Origin: Laetmonice hystrix
Lineage: Eukaryota
DNA length: 64,000 nucleotides
Reading direction: 5' to 3'
Assembly (NCBI GenBank): GCA_965235115.1
Contig: OZ249436.1
Coordinates: 10,728,001-10,792,000, forward strand
Shown: positions 1-11,656 of the stretch, one piece after another
Layout of the letters: every line of letters begins with the position of its first letter
Numbering within the stretch: the first letter of the stretch is position 1
Position numbers and translations under genes: made by a program
Notes under the pieces: model-generated
The model's input: only the letters and a program-made list of their open reading frames with translations
Told to the model about the DNA's origin: nothing
The model's database searches: none

Positions 1-1337
1 CAATTTATTTGCCTTTCACATTGTACAGTTGATCATTGAGTTTTTTATATATCACTAGAGTGAGCTCTTGATATACTAGTGTCATCTAAGTAGTTAAGGA
101 AATTCGCATGAAGAGGCTCTTAATATGTAGTAATGAGGCCGAAATATAACTTATCTGGCTTAGGAAGGCCATTAAAACTACAAGAGAATTGAGTTTGAGT
201 TTTTTCACTGACATTTTTCGACCCCCCAAAAAAGAAAGCAAATAATAGTTTACTACATTGTATATGCCCTTTACGCTTGATGTATGCGTTTAGCCTACAT
301 TAACGTAGCGGCTTCACTGTCCGACGAGTATATGCGAGAGTATGATAAAACACGACATGACGCAGCACATCCTGTTATAATCGTCCATTGAGTGAAGCCA
401 TCTCCGCCTAGTGTCGAGCTTGGGACAGTCAGTTTCCCGATTATATCAACTCTTGGATGGCATCCCCAACTACGACAAAATACCCCACGTTACCTGACTG
501 GGTGGGATAAGCTACCCTGGCGATGGTGGTCACATCCAATCTCACTTGGGCCTAGGTATTTGACACTGCCTAATAAGTTTTATAATAGCTCATGCAGGTT
601 TCCTTGGGAAGTATGGACACCTAGAGCGACACTGTCACTCGTGAGCCCCAAGCGATAAGAGGGTCCACTTGAAGGTGACTGGAATACGACACTAGATGGC
701 CTGGAGCATGTTCTAACGGATGACAGTCTTGTGGCGTTAATGATAACCGACGTCATGATGCCAATCTGATCAACTTACTTTTTCAGGCGGTATTATCTGA
801 TAGTGGCTTCGAAGTTGAGGAAAATAGACGCTAGATGCTTGATTCACAAACGCAGCCAGTGCAGTTCTATGTGGTTGTATTGTTTACATTTCCAAATCTT
901 TCTTTGATTTGCTGTCAGATCAGGATGTATGCCAACGTATTTATAAATACGTTAGAACTGCATGTGATTTAGACCCTGGTTGTTACCGGGTACGGTATGT
1001 TGATTTAATAAGCTTTATCGATCTATATGTCTATACTTTTTGTGTCACTTTAAAGCTACATGACACTGGCCCGGTGGTTCCCACAAAATAACCATCGTGG
1101 TACAACAAACATGTTTTCACCAAATATTATTTCCGTTCAGAAAATCGGAAAGGATGTTTAAAGTAGAAAATACATAGATTCAATGGGGGTTGTGTTTTTT
1201 TTCTCGGGCTAACGAGATCATGCCTCCGCTAGACTTTCCTTCGTCTTGGTTTCCCTGCTGCTAGCAGCTGCGGTGGTGGATCCGCATAAGTTAGCTTCAT
1301 TTGAGGCCATGAGATGGCAATGTAGCAGGAGCCTATA

Positions 1338-3607
1338 CTCTGTCCGCGCTAACTTGAGCTCGAGGCGGGGTCTCATTACCGGTGGGGGTTGGCCCAGTGC
1401 TGACGTAACCCAGTACCAGCCAATGGGGGCAGGGAGGGGCCCGTCGGTCAAGCCATTAGCAGCAATACTCATATAAACAAAATAAAGCCACGTGTGGCCA
1501 CTGTGCATGAGCTGAGATGTAGATCTCTATGCATGTTTCCAGCTGTTTTTATGCCAGTCGATTGATTACTTTCATGTGTTATACAATCACCTCTCTTAAC
1601 CAAGGGATATCTGGGATATCATGTACACACAGTAAGGGTTCTTTTTTGTGCTACCTCAGAGGTAGATCACAGAATTTCACACATCAGCATATCTTATTAC
1701 GTGGTGTTCTCGTCGTCATTTTATCGCAAATATCCGGTTTTAATTTGGAAAGAGAGGAGGTGTAAATTGATCCAGTCAGGAGAATTGAATAATAAAATGG
1801 GGTGGTTTACATCAAAGAAATGTGTTCATTAACTAGCAACCACACAGAAGGAGTGGGAATAACGATTAAATGAACCATCAGGACCATGCCCTCACTTGTT
1901 ATCAGACAGCTACTGAATACAAAGCTCAGACTTCGCAACTTCTATCCAACATGTCTGCATCTAAAATAAGGAAAGGCAAGGCTTTAGGAAGTCAAGCAAG
2001 AGAGCTGGTGTTTAATGCTATTCAATATTTTAAGAAAGAAACCCAAGAAAGTGGAGGTAGTTGGATCAACAAGACTGCTGAGTGCCTTGGAATAGGTAAA
2101 GCCAGTGTGAAGAGGATCCAGAAGGAAGGAACCACCCAAACCGTCTTCTCCACACCTGGTAAGAAGAGGAAAATCAGGAAGCCCAGGGTAGTGGAACTGG
2201 ACGACTTTGATAAGTGTGTCACAAGGAGGCTGGTTCACAATTACTACATGGACAAGACCAAAGGATTACCTACTGTCAGGAAATTACTCCCTATCGTAAA
2301 GCGAGAAACACAGTTTACTGGAGAAAAAACCTCACTTCACCAAGTTTTGCTTCGTATGGGATTTAGGTGTACACGTTCGAATGGCAGGAGGTTCTTGCTT
2401 GAACGATCTGATATCATCAGTGCCAGGCATTCATTCCTACGCAAGATGAGGGAAAATAGGAACTCTCCCAACCCAAGGCCTGTTATTTATCAAGATGAGA
2501 CATGGCTTAATGCACATCACAGTATGTCGAAATCATGGCAGCTCCCAGATGAACCCACAGCAGAAAGGCAACTTGGGTTAAAGATTCCAGAAGGACAAGG
2601 AAGCAGGCTCATCATCAGTCATGCAGGAGGTGAGCAGGGATTTGTTGCCAACGGGTTGCTTCTCTTCAGGGCCAAGCAGAAATCCGGAGATTACCATGAC
2701 GAGATGAATGGCGACAACTTTAAAAAATGGTTTCGGGAGAAACTTCTACCCAATATTCCACCCAACTCACTCATTGTAATGGACAATGCTTCTTATCATA
2801 GTATGCAACTTGACAAAGCTCCAACCTCCAACAGCAGAAAGAGTGAGATGCTTAAGTGGCTAGAAGATAAAAATGTTGCTCTCCAGCCTGGTATGTTAAA
2901 AGCTGAACTGTATGAAATGATTAAGTTTGTAAAGCCCAGGGAATTAAAATATGAGATCGATGAAATGGCACGTCACCATGGACACACTGTCGTAAGAACA
3001 CCACCGTACCACTGTGACCTAAATCCTATTGAACTGATATGGGCAAATATCAAAGGACAAGTGGCTAGAAGAAACAAGACTTTCAAGATTGCTGATATTG
3101 AAAGACTCTGTCTTGAAGCAACATCTTCCATCACACCAACTGACTGGCAGAATGCTATCAGGCATGTAAGGAAACTGGAAGATGATTACTGGAAGAGCGA
3201 TAATCTCATGGAGGAAAGGGTCGAGGAACTAATTATCTCCATAGATGACACAAGCAGTGACTCGGATTTATCTGACACAGGATCAGAGACAGATACCTCA
3301 GAGGATCAGGATGACATGGGAGTCTACCCCCTTTCATTGTAATTTACGTGAGTTAAATATTTATTTATTTTACCATGTGCATGTATGCTCTAAATGCAAT
3401 ATTGTGTGTCAGGACTAAATCGTGGTAGAGTGTACAGGTTTAGTTACCGTGACCGGCAGCTGGATGCCTGTGGTCAAACCATGTGCTGCCCCCTACACGT
3501 GGGTAGTCTCCAGCACCCCACTCACCCATTGGCCGGCAGCCGGCAGTAAACAAAGATGACCCTGCATATCATGAATATGTATTAGGCTCAAGTTAGCGCG
3601 GACAGAC
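1338..3607 (+). mobile_element. Full-length IS630-Tc1-mariner DNA transposon, Sailor (DD82E) type
   Basis: Left end TATA|CTCTGTCCGCGCTAACTTGAGC (1338-1359) and right end GCTCAAGTTAGCGCGGACAGAC|TATA (3586-3607): 22-bp TIR differing only at the terminal base. TATA on both sides; a single DDE transposase ORF inside. Confidence 0.92.
1870..3342 (+). CDS. DDE transposase, DD82E (IS630/Tc1/mariner group, Sailor); true start may be the ATG at 1951 (MSASKIRKGK)
   Basis: Uninterrupted 490-aa ORF. N-terminal HTH-like region (KTAECLGIGKASVKRI) and basic NLS-like PGKKRKIRKPR. Catalytic motifs IYQDETW, IVMDNASYH and PPYHCDLNPIELIW, with 82 residues counted between the second D and the E. Acidic C-terminal tail. 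Confidence 0.93.
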   Translation: MNHQDHALTCYQTATEYKAQTSQLLSNMSASKIRKGKALGSQARELVFNAIQYFKKETQESGGSWINKTAECLGIGKASVKRIQKEGTTQTVFSTPGKKRKIRKPRVVELDDFDKCVTRRLVHNYYMDKTKGLPTVRKLLPIVKRETQFTGEKTSLHQVLLRMGFRCTRSNGRRFLLERSDIISARHSFLRKMRENRNSPNPRPVIYQDETWLNAHHSMSKSWQLPDEPTAERQLGLKIPEGQGSRLIISHAGGEQGFVANGLLLFRAKQKSGDYHDEMNGDNFKKWFREKLLPNIPPNSLIVMDNASYHSMQLDKAPTSNSRKSEMLKWLEDKNVALQPGMLKAELYEMIKFVKPRELKYEIDEMARHHGHTVVRTPPYHCDLNPIELIWANIKGQVARRNKTFKIADIERLCLEATSSITPTDWQNAIRHVRKLEDDYWKSDNLMEERVEELIISIDDTSSDSDLSDTGSETDTSEDQDDMGVYPLSL

Positions 3608-4282
3608 TATAGACGAATATCCCAACCGTGCATGCATTTTACTTACCGTCCTTACCTTGATGACACTTGGCGCCCCGACCCCTATAGAAACCCCTCTCTG
3701 TCAATTCGGGTACTTGTATTATGTGGCCCATCTAAACGTACCAACTCTTGCCAGTGGCTGCATTGATCAGGCCGATGGGTCACAATGAGAAAATGTAATG
3801 AGAAATTGTATCTTGAAGGGATCATAGATGAGAACGGTACGTCAGGAAGGCATGGCACGTACAGTGTATATAATAGGTTGTTGGCTCGCAAGCATCAGAT
3901 ATTGGTTAACCCATCTTTGCTCACGAAATCCCGGCACCTATATTCAAAGAAACAAGTCGACTAAGAAATGAAAGTAGAGATCAGGATTGAGGTGTGGGCG
4001 GATAATGTATGGCTTTCATTTCTTTATTTCTACATCTGAGGTTCAATAAACGAGTTAGCGTCGAGTACATGGATGAATTTAAACAACCAATAACCGTTCT
4101 TAATTCGAAAGACATGTTTTCTACTTTACCAGCCTATAATGTGATCTTCCACCAAGTGTAAAGTTGCGTGTTGCGTAGCTCTACTTCGATATATTTCCAA
4201 TTATTTATGGCTGCCGCACTTTCCCTGTCCTGATTGGTCAGTTCCCTGTCACGTGATCACAGGTAAAAACTAATATTGCACG

Positions 4283-4318
4283 GAAAGAGTAATATTGACC
4301 AGTCAATATTACTTTTTC
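4283..4318. repeat. AT-rich palindrome, probably the core of a decayed non-autonomous DNA element
   Basis: GAAAGAGTAATATTGAC-CA-GTCAATATTACTTTTTC: 17-bp arms with one mismatch. Confidence 0.55.
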
Positions 4319-5686
4319 ACTGCCGTCAAGTGTTCTCACCCCCGCGTGCAAATAGGCTCTTAGGCATTCTTAACGTAAGTTTAATATAACAGCCTGGAGG
4401 GGTGACAGCGTATGATAGACAGGAAAAGTGCGATAGTCATAAAATAAAACAAATATGGCACTTGGTATCGTGCAATATGAAAGTTTATGGCACTCTGGAA
4501 ACTGATATTGCACGACGCGAATTTGTATAATATTTTGTATATATGTCAACATCACCTTTCCAGTTTCACAAGGCTAAATAAATGCTTTAAGGTGTAAATT
4601 TCACTTTAAGAAGTTCTTTACTACAAGTAAGAACAACTTCTGATATCGAGGTTTTGCGGCGGAAAGGGTTAAGATCTAGTGGAGACGTCAGGCAACAGGA
4701 CTGGATACTGGGACAGGGACCGCCAAACAGTGGCTGTAATTACTTACATACACATCCTGTAAACACTGGTCGAGTTGCACGATTGGTGAGCACAGGGCCA
4801 TTGGCTGAAGCCGCGACTACTCAGTTGTTGGTATAGTAGACCTCCATCCGTAGTACACCACTGGTAAATAGAGACATTCTACAATTGCATTGATCAAAGA
4901 CCACGATAACCTTCACGTTTTAACGAATCAACAATCTAGCCAGTTTTGTAGCCAATATGCATTTGTTGAATATTTAGAAAGAAGCTATATAAAATTCCTA
5001 ACCTAAAATAATTCAAACGTTGAACAGCCTCTGAGATATGTCCCGTTATAATGAACTACGTCATTCTAGAATGATCATTATATTTAAAAGGTCAAAACTC
5101 TATCTCATTTTGTTTCTCTCAATGAGATGATAACCTGTGTTTCCTTACCGCTATCCCCTTTCCCTGATATCGGTGGGTCGTCTGGGTTGTTTGGTTGTCA
5201 TTCAGATCGCTGTTTACCTCCGGACTCTAGTTATGACCGTCATAAGTTGTCATTCCACCACGCACAGCCTCTGTAGGGACCCTGCATACATAGAGGCATA
5301 AAGTCTTTTATTGTATAAAAAGGTTTGCATATTGTGTTCTCCTGCGTACTTTGTTCTCCTTGTTCTCCTGCATGTACTTTGTTCTCCTGCATGTACTTCT
5401 TATTAAACCCATAGAAAGTCTCGTTCCTATTCCCTTTTATGGTACTGTGTGCATTAGCTCTTTTCGTTATTGCCTGGCTTGCTTTCTTACTGTTTTCATT
5501 TTTTCATTTGCAGAATTTGAGATTTCTTTGTTCCAACCCGTTTGTTAAACAGACCTTCAAACTACAGTTATTAACCCTTCCAGCCTTTCCTGTGCGGTGG
5601 CTCGTTTGTTGGGTTGAGTTCCTACAATACTGTTTATTTTTCCAATGACAACTCTACCTGGTGCCCGCAGCCGAAGAGTTCTCTTA

Positions 5687-8600
5687 AGTAGGCCACACAC
5701 AGGACGCGTGCGTGCGTGCGTCTCAAATCCTTGACGCGTGGCTGACGCACGCGAGCTTGACGCAGGCGTTTTACCTGCCCAGACAGAGGCGTTTAGTTCG
5801 CGCGCGTTAAAACGAATATGTAGCGCAAAGCTAACTAGCCCTCTTCAAAGGTTGGCACATAGACTAGATGTTCATCTGAGCAACATGGTTGATCAGACGA
5901 AGACGTTGGCGTTTCTTGGCGTTGCTTTGGCGGTATCGGGAGTTGTTTTGCTTCAATTTAGAAGAAAAAGACTGTGAAGATGACTGACCAGGGAAGCAAT
6001 TCCCGACTGAAGTTCTATCGCGAGCTTCTCGATGTAACAGTGGACCCGACCCGACCCCGATCCCGACCCAAGTGGACCCGACCCCGACCCTGATATTGAG
6101 CTAGAGGACCCAACCCCAAAGAAAGGAAATGACATTTAATTACTAGTATTTTTTAAGCGTCACCTCTAAACTCGTAAAAAATACGGCCTGTGTTTAAAAT
6201 TCACTAAATGACTGTTTATCCCTATGTTTGACAAACATTGATGCTTTATATCTAAATCTGTATGACTAATTAATGGGAATCTCGCGCCTTCCTTGGCCCA
6301 GAAATTCAAAGATTCTAATGAAACACCTAGACTAGAATAATAACATTGTATTGTGACTGACACAGTAGCCTAGCCCGGGTTCTAAAAATTCTAAACGTCG
6401 CTGACTTGCCCTGCATGGGCAAGTGACTTGGAAACTTTTACTTGTTTTGGCCCATGGATTTTTTTCTACCTCAGCTTTAAATTGCAAGTTTGTGAAGTTT
6501 TTAAGGTTAGGCTAAGGTCAGTCTCAAGGTTACAGCTAGGTCACAGACGAGGCCTCCATTAATGTTCTTCTTTCCTATTAGTGGTCACTTTAGTACGCCC
6601 ATGAGCGTCCCCCCATCTGAAATTGCTTCCGCCGTGCCTGCGGAACGAGTACGGGCACCCCGTTCAGTCAAACTTCCATGATGGCCACAGTGCGGGCTCA
6701 ATGTACCCGCGATGCAATGCTCAAAATTGCGCTGAATTCACCCGAGGCTACTTTCGAAGAAATGGCCGACGATTCCCGATTGCCCGTTAAGTCAGTGTAG
6801 GGTCTTCTTTCGAGAAAATAATTTCATAATGGCTTTAATATTAATTTTGACAAAACCCACTCTGGCCCCCTATCTGAATCTATTGATCCCCCCCCCCCAA
6901 CCTTACGTCCCCCCAACATTGTACTGTTTTCTCCTGAATCGTCCCCCCCCGATGTCACTCTTACCTCACGTTTTGAACGATTGGAACTAGATTCGTTGTG
7001 GCGATACCACAATGGATCCCACACCTAGGGGGTCCCGTCCAACATGTTCTGAGTAGGGATAACTATGGTGCTATCTTGCAGGACTTATAAGCCCTAGAAG
7101 ATGCCAATTCCGTCAATGACTTCCTATTTGTGTTCACTAGTAACTATCGGTCCATCTAGCACCGTTTAGCAGTTACAGGCCTCTGAAAATCCTCAAAAGA
7201 TGTCAGTGACGTTATTACGATGTCACACCACGCCATGGAACTTGGAGTCAATTCAAAGAGCATATATTTCTTCCTATTCGTGTTTAATAATGGCCCTTTC
7301 TTGCCCCGTTTAGGCCTATCAGTTACAGGCCTGTGGAAAATCTTAGAAGATGGCAATGACGTCAATACAACGCCATACGTCACGGTCTGTCATGACACTT
7401 GATGTCAATTGAAAGAGAATCTTCGACTTCCTATTCATGTTCAATAGTAACCATGGCTTTATCTCCCACCGTTTAGAAGTTATAGGCCATAGAAAATATT
7501 GATGACGTCATTATGACGTCATCCGTCACGCTACATCCTTCAACTTGGTGTCAATGGAAAGAGCCTGTATGACTTTCTACTCGTGTCCAATGCTAGGCCT
7601 ACTTATGACCCTACCTTGCACCGTACCTTAGACCATAAGAAATGCCAATGACGTCATTATGACGTCATACGTCACGCTATATAATATATGTTGGTGTCAA
7701 TTGAAAGAGCATGTATGATTTCCTATTCATGTTCAATAGTAACCATGGCTTTATCTCATACCATTTAGGAGTTATAGGCCTTAAAATATTGATGATGTCA
7801 TTTTGACGTTATACGTCACACTACATCCTAAATTTTGGTGTCAATGAAAAGATCATGTATGACTTCCTATTCGTGTTCAATGGTCACTATGACCCTATCT
7901 TGCACCGTTTTAGAGTTATAGGCCATAGAAGATACCAATGACGTTATTATGACGTCATACGTCACGCTACGTCATCAAACTTGGCCTCAATTGAAAGAGC
8001 ATGTATGACTTCCTAGCCATGTTTAATAGTAACCATGGCTTTATCTCCCACCGTTTAGAAGTTATAGGCCTTAGAAAATATTGATGACGTCATTATGACG
8101 TCATCCGTCAAGCTACATCGTTCAACTTGGTGTCAATGGAAAGAGCCTGTATGACTTCCTATTCGTGTTCAATGGTAGGCCTACTTATGACCCTACCTTG
8201 CACCGTTTTCGAGTTATAAACCATAAGAAATGCCAATGACGTCATTATGACGTCATACGTCGCGCTATATAATATATGTTGGTGTCAATTGAAAGAGCAT
8301 GTATGATTTCCTATTCATGTTCAATCGTAACCATGGCTTTATCTCATACCATTTAGGAGTTATAGGCCTTAAAATATTGATGATGTCATTTTGACGTTAT
8401 ACGTCACACTACAACCTACATTTTGGTGTCAATGAAAAGATCATGTATGACTTCCTATTCATGTTCAATGGTCACTATGACCCTATCTTGCACCGTTTTA
8501 GAGTTATAGGCCATAGAAGATACCAATGACGTTATTATGACGTCATACGTCACGCTACGTCATCAAACTTGGCCTCAATTGAAAGAGCATGTATGACTTC

Positions 8601-9502
8601 CTAGCCATGTTTAATAGTAACCATGGCTTTATCTCTCACTGTTTAGGAGTTATAGGCCTTAGCAAATATTAATGACGTCATTATGACATCATACGTCACC
8701 CTACGTCATCAAACTTGGCGTCAAATGAAAGAGCATGCATGACTTCCTATTAGTGTTCAATAGTAACTATGGCCCTATCTGGCACCGTATCTTAGTTATA
8801 GCCATCTATATTGACCACTGTTCAAAACTTTTAGGTCACGTGACTCAGCGAATATAGGTCAAATTATTTTAGCAAAGCGGATTCCTTTTAAGTTCTCGTT
8901 AGAGACAATCTCTCTGCAATTTCATAAAATTTTAATGAAAATTGAAAAAGAAGTAGGGATTTAAGCATTTTCTGACCTTTGACCCAGTTTTCAGACATGT
9001 CAAAGGTCAAAGTTCAAAATATTTGCAAATTATGAATTAGGTTCTTGCCCGCGGGTCCAGTTTATGGGCACGCCACTGCTGGTAGGCATATTCCTGGTCC
9101 TACATATTTGTTTTGATCAACATCATAATATTCATCGTCAGCCTCAAAGTCAAACCGATCTGACGCATGCGGCAGGCGAAATATCAAACTGTTTTGATAT
9201 CGACGCTAGACGTAGGCGTCAGCCGTTTCTGACGCGCGCGTTGACTTTTCACGCGCGTGACTGGCCCAGACAGGCGCGTTTCGAGGCGCGTTCGAGACGC
9301 GTCGGCCATTTTTATGCACGCCTCGTGATTCACGCGTCCTGTGTGGGTCGCTAATCACGCAGGCGTCAGCCGTTTCTGACGCACGCGTCGACTTTTTCGC
9401 GCGCGTGACTGGCCCAGACAGGCGCGTTTCAAGGCGCGTCGCCCATTTTGACGCAGGCCTCTTGACGCACGCACGCACGCACGCCCCTGTGTGTCCCCGG
9501 CT
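5687..9502 (+). mobile_element. PIF/Harbinger-like non-autonomous element, apparently split by nested insertions
   Basis: Left end ...CACACACAGGACGCGTGCGTGCGTGCGTC (about 5694-5722) is the imperfect inverse of GACGCACGCACGCACGCACGCCCCTGTGTGT (about 9464-9494) and of CACGCGTCCTGTGTG (9331-9345). GACGC/CAGACAGGCG subterminal motifs at both ends. TSD not resolvable. Confidence 0.5.
7050..8810. repeat. About 146-bp satellite array (about 12 monomers) with a 4-mer higher-order duplication; resembles the internal repeats of Helitron/Helentron-type non-autonomous elements
   Basis: GACTTCCTATT-like motif at 7425, 7571, 7717, 7861, 8007, 8153, 8305, 8449, 8595 and 8741 (spacing 144-152). Monomers four apart are nearly identical. 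TGACCTTTGACC and AAGGTCAA motifs lie just downstream (about 8973-9010). Confidence 0.88.
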
Positions 9503-9607
9503 ATACGTTAATGACCTCATGAAAACAAGACTTTCCAGTGCCTACTCGCGGGACTGGAGTGGCTCACGGAGCCTCGGGCCGGTAATCACAGGGGCTCTAA
9601 GCCATAT

Positions 9608-10775
9608 AAGCCATTTCGGTATCTCAGCTGGCGCGGTGCATTGTGGGATTGGGATTGGGGTTTAGAACCCAAACAAACGCACGTGGTCACCGCTGGTATG
9701 CGAATAAGGTAAGATGGCGGAGGTGAATTTGAAGATCGACGGAGAAACTTGCAAGTTAGAGGATTTTGAGAGATCGAAGGTGGAAGATTTGACGCCATAT
9801 TGTTGAAGGAGAGGTCTAACTGACAGCCTGAGGCAGAAGAAAGAATTTTCTGCCCCTAGTTAATCCAGCAGCAGTAGAGAAAGTACCGCTTGTCATGACG
9901 CGATAAGAGGAGAGGCTTTCCTTGAGCTGTCAACTGTCGACACTGCATGGTCATTGCATTAAAATGTTAGGCTTAGACCCGAACAATGAGTTGAATCATG
10001 GATGGTTTGACGAAGATTTAGGATTATCAATTGTTTATCCCGTTTTTGTGTCCGCTAGGTTCCGTTTTTTTTCAATTGGAAAGGGGAAGTTAGCTCAAAC
10101 CTCAGACCGACGCAGTGAGTGAAGCCACAGCACAGGCATAGGCGGGCTTTGGCGCACGGCTGGCCGGGCGGGTGTGCGGTTAGGAGCTCGGTAGTCGTCC
10201 GTTAGGCCATAGACTATGGTTAGGCCTAGGTCCATGCCTTTCTCCCCGCGCAAAGCTTGCCGGCGATGCTCGGCCCCACCCTCCCGCAGCCGATTTCAGC
10301 CATAAATCTCATACATTTTGGAGCAGTAGTTTGCCAAGACTTCCCTAGTCGAAAACAATAGGCCTATGAAATGACAAGAAGACGAGACAGGGCGAGCCTG
10401 GGGCACTGACAGAAGGCAGTGTTGACGGGCCTGAGCTCACTTGCTCCCCGGCTCGCAGGTCGGTCATGCGTGCGCGGCGAACGACACTGTCTGCCGGGAG
10501 TCTGAGTCGGTGTATCCAAAGTCATATTTAATAAACTTAGCAATAAATCATTATCAAATTTGCCATGCCTAAAGGTTAATATGTTCTACCGCTACGAAAA
10601 ATATTTTTAGTGATTGGGCCCGATAAATTTTGATGAAATGCGCGAATAAGTAGGATAAAGTAGGATTGACACTCGTTGAACATGCTTCCCTGGCCGTTTG
10701 TTTGGGTTCCGTCAGTCGTGACCTTGGTCAAGGTCGAATCGCCGAGCATGCGCACTCGTAACTCCGAAATGGCTT
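9608..10775 (+). mobile_element. ISL2EU/PIF-like deleted DNA transposon with AT target duplication
   Basis: AT|AAGCCATTTCGG (9608-9619) and CCGAAATGGCTT|AT (10764-10775). A second subterminal inverted repeat GAACCCAAACAAACG (9665-9679) / CGTTTGTTTGGGTTC (10695-10709). Contains a decayed ORF. Confidence 0.7.
9714..10053 (+). pseudogene. Decayed 5' fragment of a transposon gene: SAP-like N-terminus, as seen in ISL2EU-associated YqaJ-exonuclease proteins
   Basis: AAGATGGCGG start context. Reads MAEVNLKIDGETCKLEDFERSKVEDLTPYC*RRGLTDSLRQKKEF (SAP-like KVxxLxxYxxxRGL), then a frameshift to ALVNPAAVEKVPLVMTR*...LDPNNELNHGWFDEDLGLSIVYPVFVS. Two stops and one frameshift. Family identity is recalled from the motif pattern, not searched. 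Confidence 0.5.
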
Positions 10776-11471
10776 ATTCCAATACCTTTCGTGCCTGTCT
10801 TGGGAACGTTCGTCAGATTCTTGTTGCCAAAGTAATGTTTTTCCCCCGGGTAGGCTACTCCAGTTCCCCAAACAGTAAAACATACCGCGCCTAATATGAC
10901 TGGCTGTTGCCGAGGGGCTGAGATGTAATCAGCGAGTGTGAACCCAGTCTGAGGTGGCATTGAGATAGGTCGATAAGTGCATCAAATTGACTTCTTCATG
11001 AAATTAATTTCGAAAAATAAAAAAAACCTCCATCGTAATGCGCCAGGGACGTGTCTTGGGTGCAGTAGTCTACAGCAATGCTCATAAACAAACGTCTACT
11101 GCGAATACAATCCATCTACTTTATGAATTATAGTACATTATCCCTCTGGGGTATCAAAACATTGCTGAAATCTGTTTGCATGCAACTTGAGAGTTCAGCA
11201 CACGTATCTCTAAAATTGGGCTCATGTAATTCGGCTGATCTAATACACATGAACGAACTCCTTGATGGTACCTCTCCAATCCACAAACTCGCCACGTCTG
11301 ATTGGCGCAATTGTTTTGTCCTACAACAGTGATGATTGTCACGGATAGTTTCTTCTGAGGAGGTGATGTATTGGCACGCTCGACCATTTCACGATCGATG
11401 CGCTTCATTCTCCACAAAAAAGAATTCGAAAATTCTACCAATCTTTCAAGCCCGCGTCAGGTACCGCCAAA

Positions 11472-11656
11472 GTTAGTTCTGGCCACTGGTAGCCTTCAAT
11501 GAGCCTTCAGGCGTGCTTCAGTGAGTGATGTGCGTTAGTTCTGGCCACTGGTAGCCTTCAATGAGCCTTCAGGCGTGCTTCAGTGAGTGATGTGCGTTAG
11601 TTCTGGCTACTGGTAGCCTTCAATGAGCCTTCAGGCGTGCTTCAGTGAATGATGTG
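11472..11656. repeat. 62-bp tandem repeat, 3 copies
   Basis: GTTAGTTCTGGCCACTGGTAGCCTTCAATGAGCCTTCAGGCGTGCTTCAGTGAGTGATGTGC at 11472, 11534 and 11596. Confidence 0.95.

Noticed and set aside
105..160. Hammerhead-ribozyme-like string ATGAAGAGGCTC...GAGGCCGAAA (a weaker CTGAAGAAG one is near 18613)
   Set aside because: The core reads AUGAAGA rather than CUGANGA and stem I cannot be formed. At best a decayed Penelope-type remnant; an Infernal search would be needed.
1338..3607. Fanzor/TnpB cargo in the IS630-like element
   Set aside because: The element has room for only the transposase, and no RuvC or zinc-finger ORF is present.
3907..5590. piggyBac-like ends (GGAAAGGG|TTAA near 4668, TTAA|CCCTTCC near 5570, TTAA|CCC near 3907)
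   Set aside because: The two similar ends face outward and the inward-facing pair does not match, so no element can be delimited.
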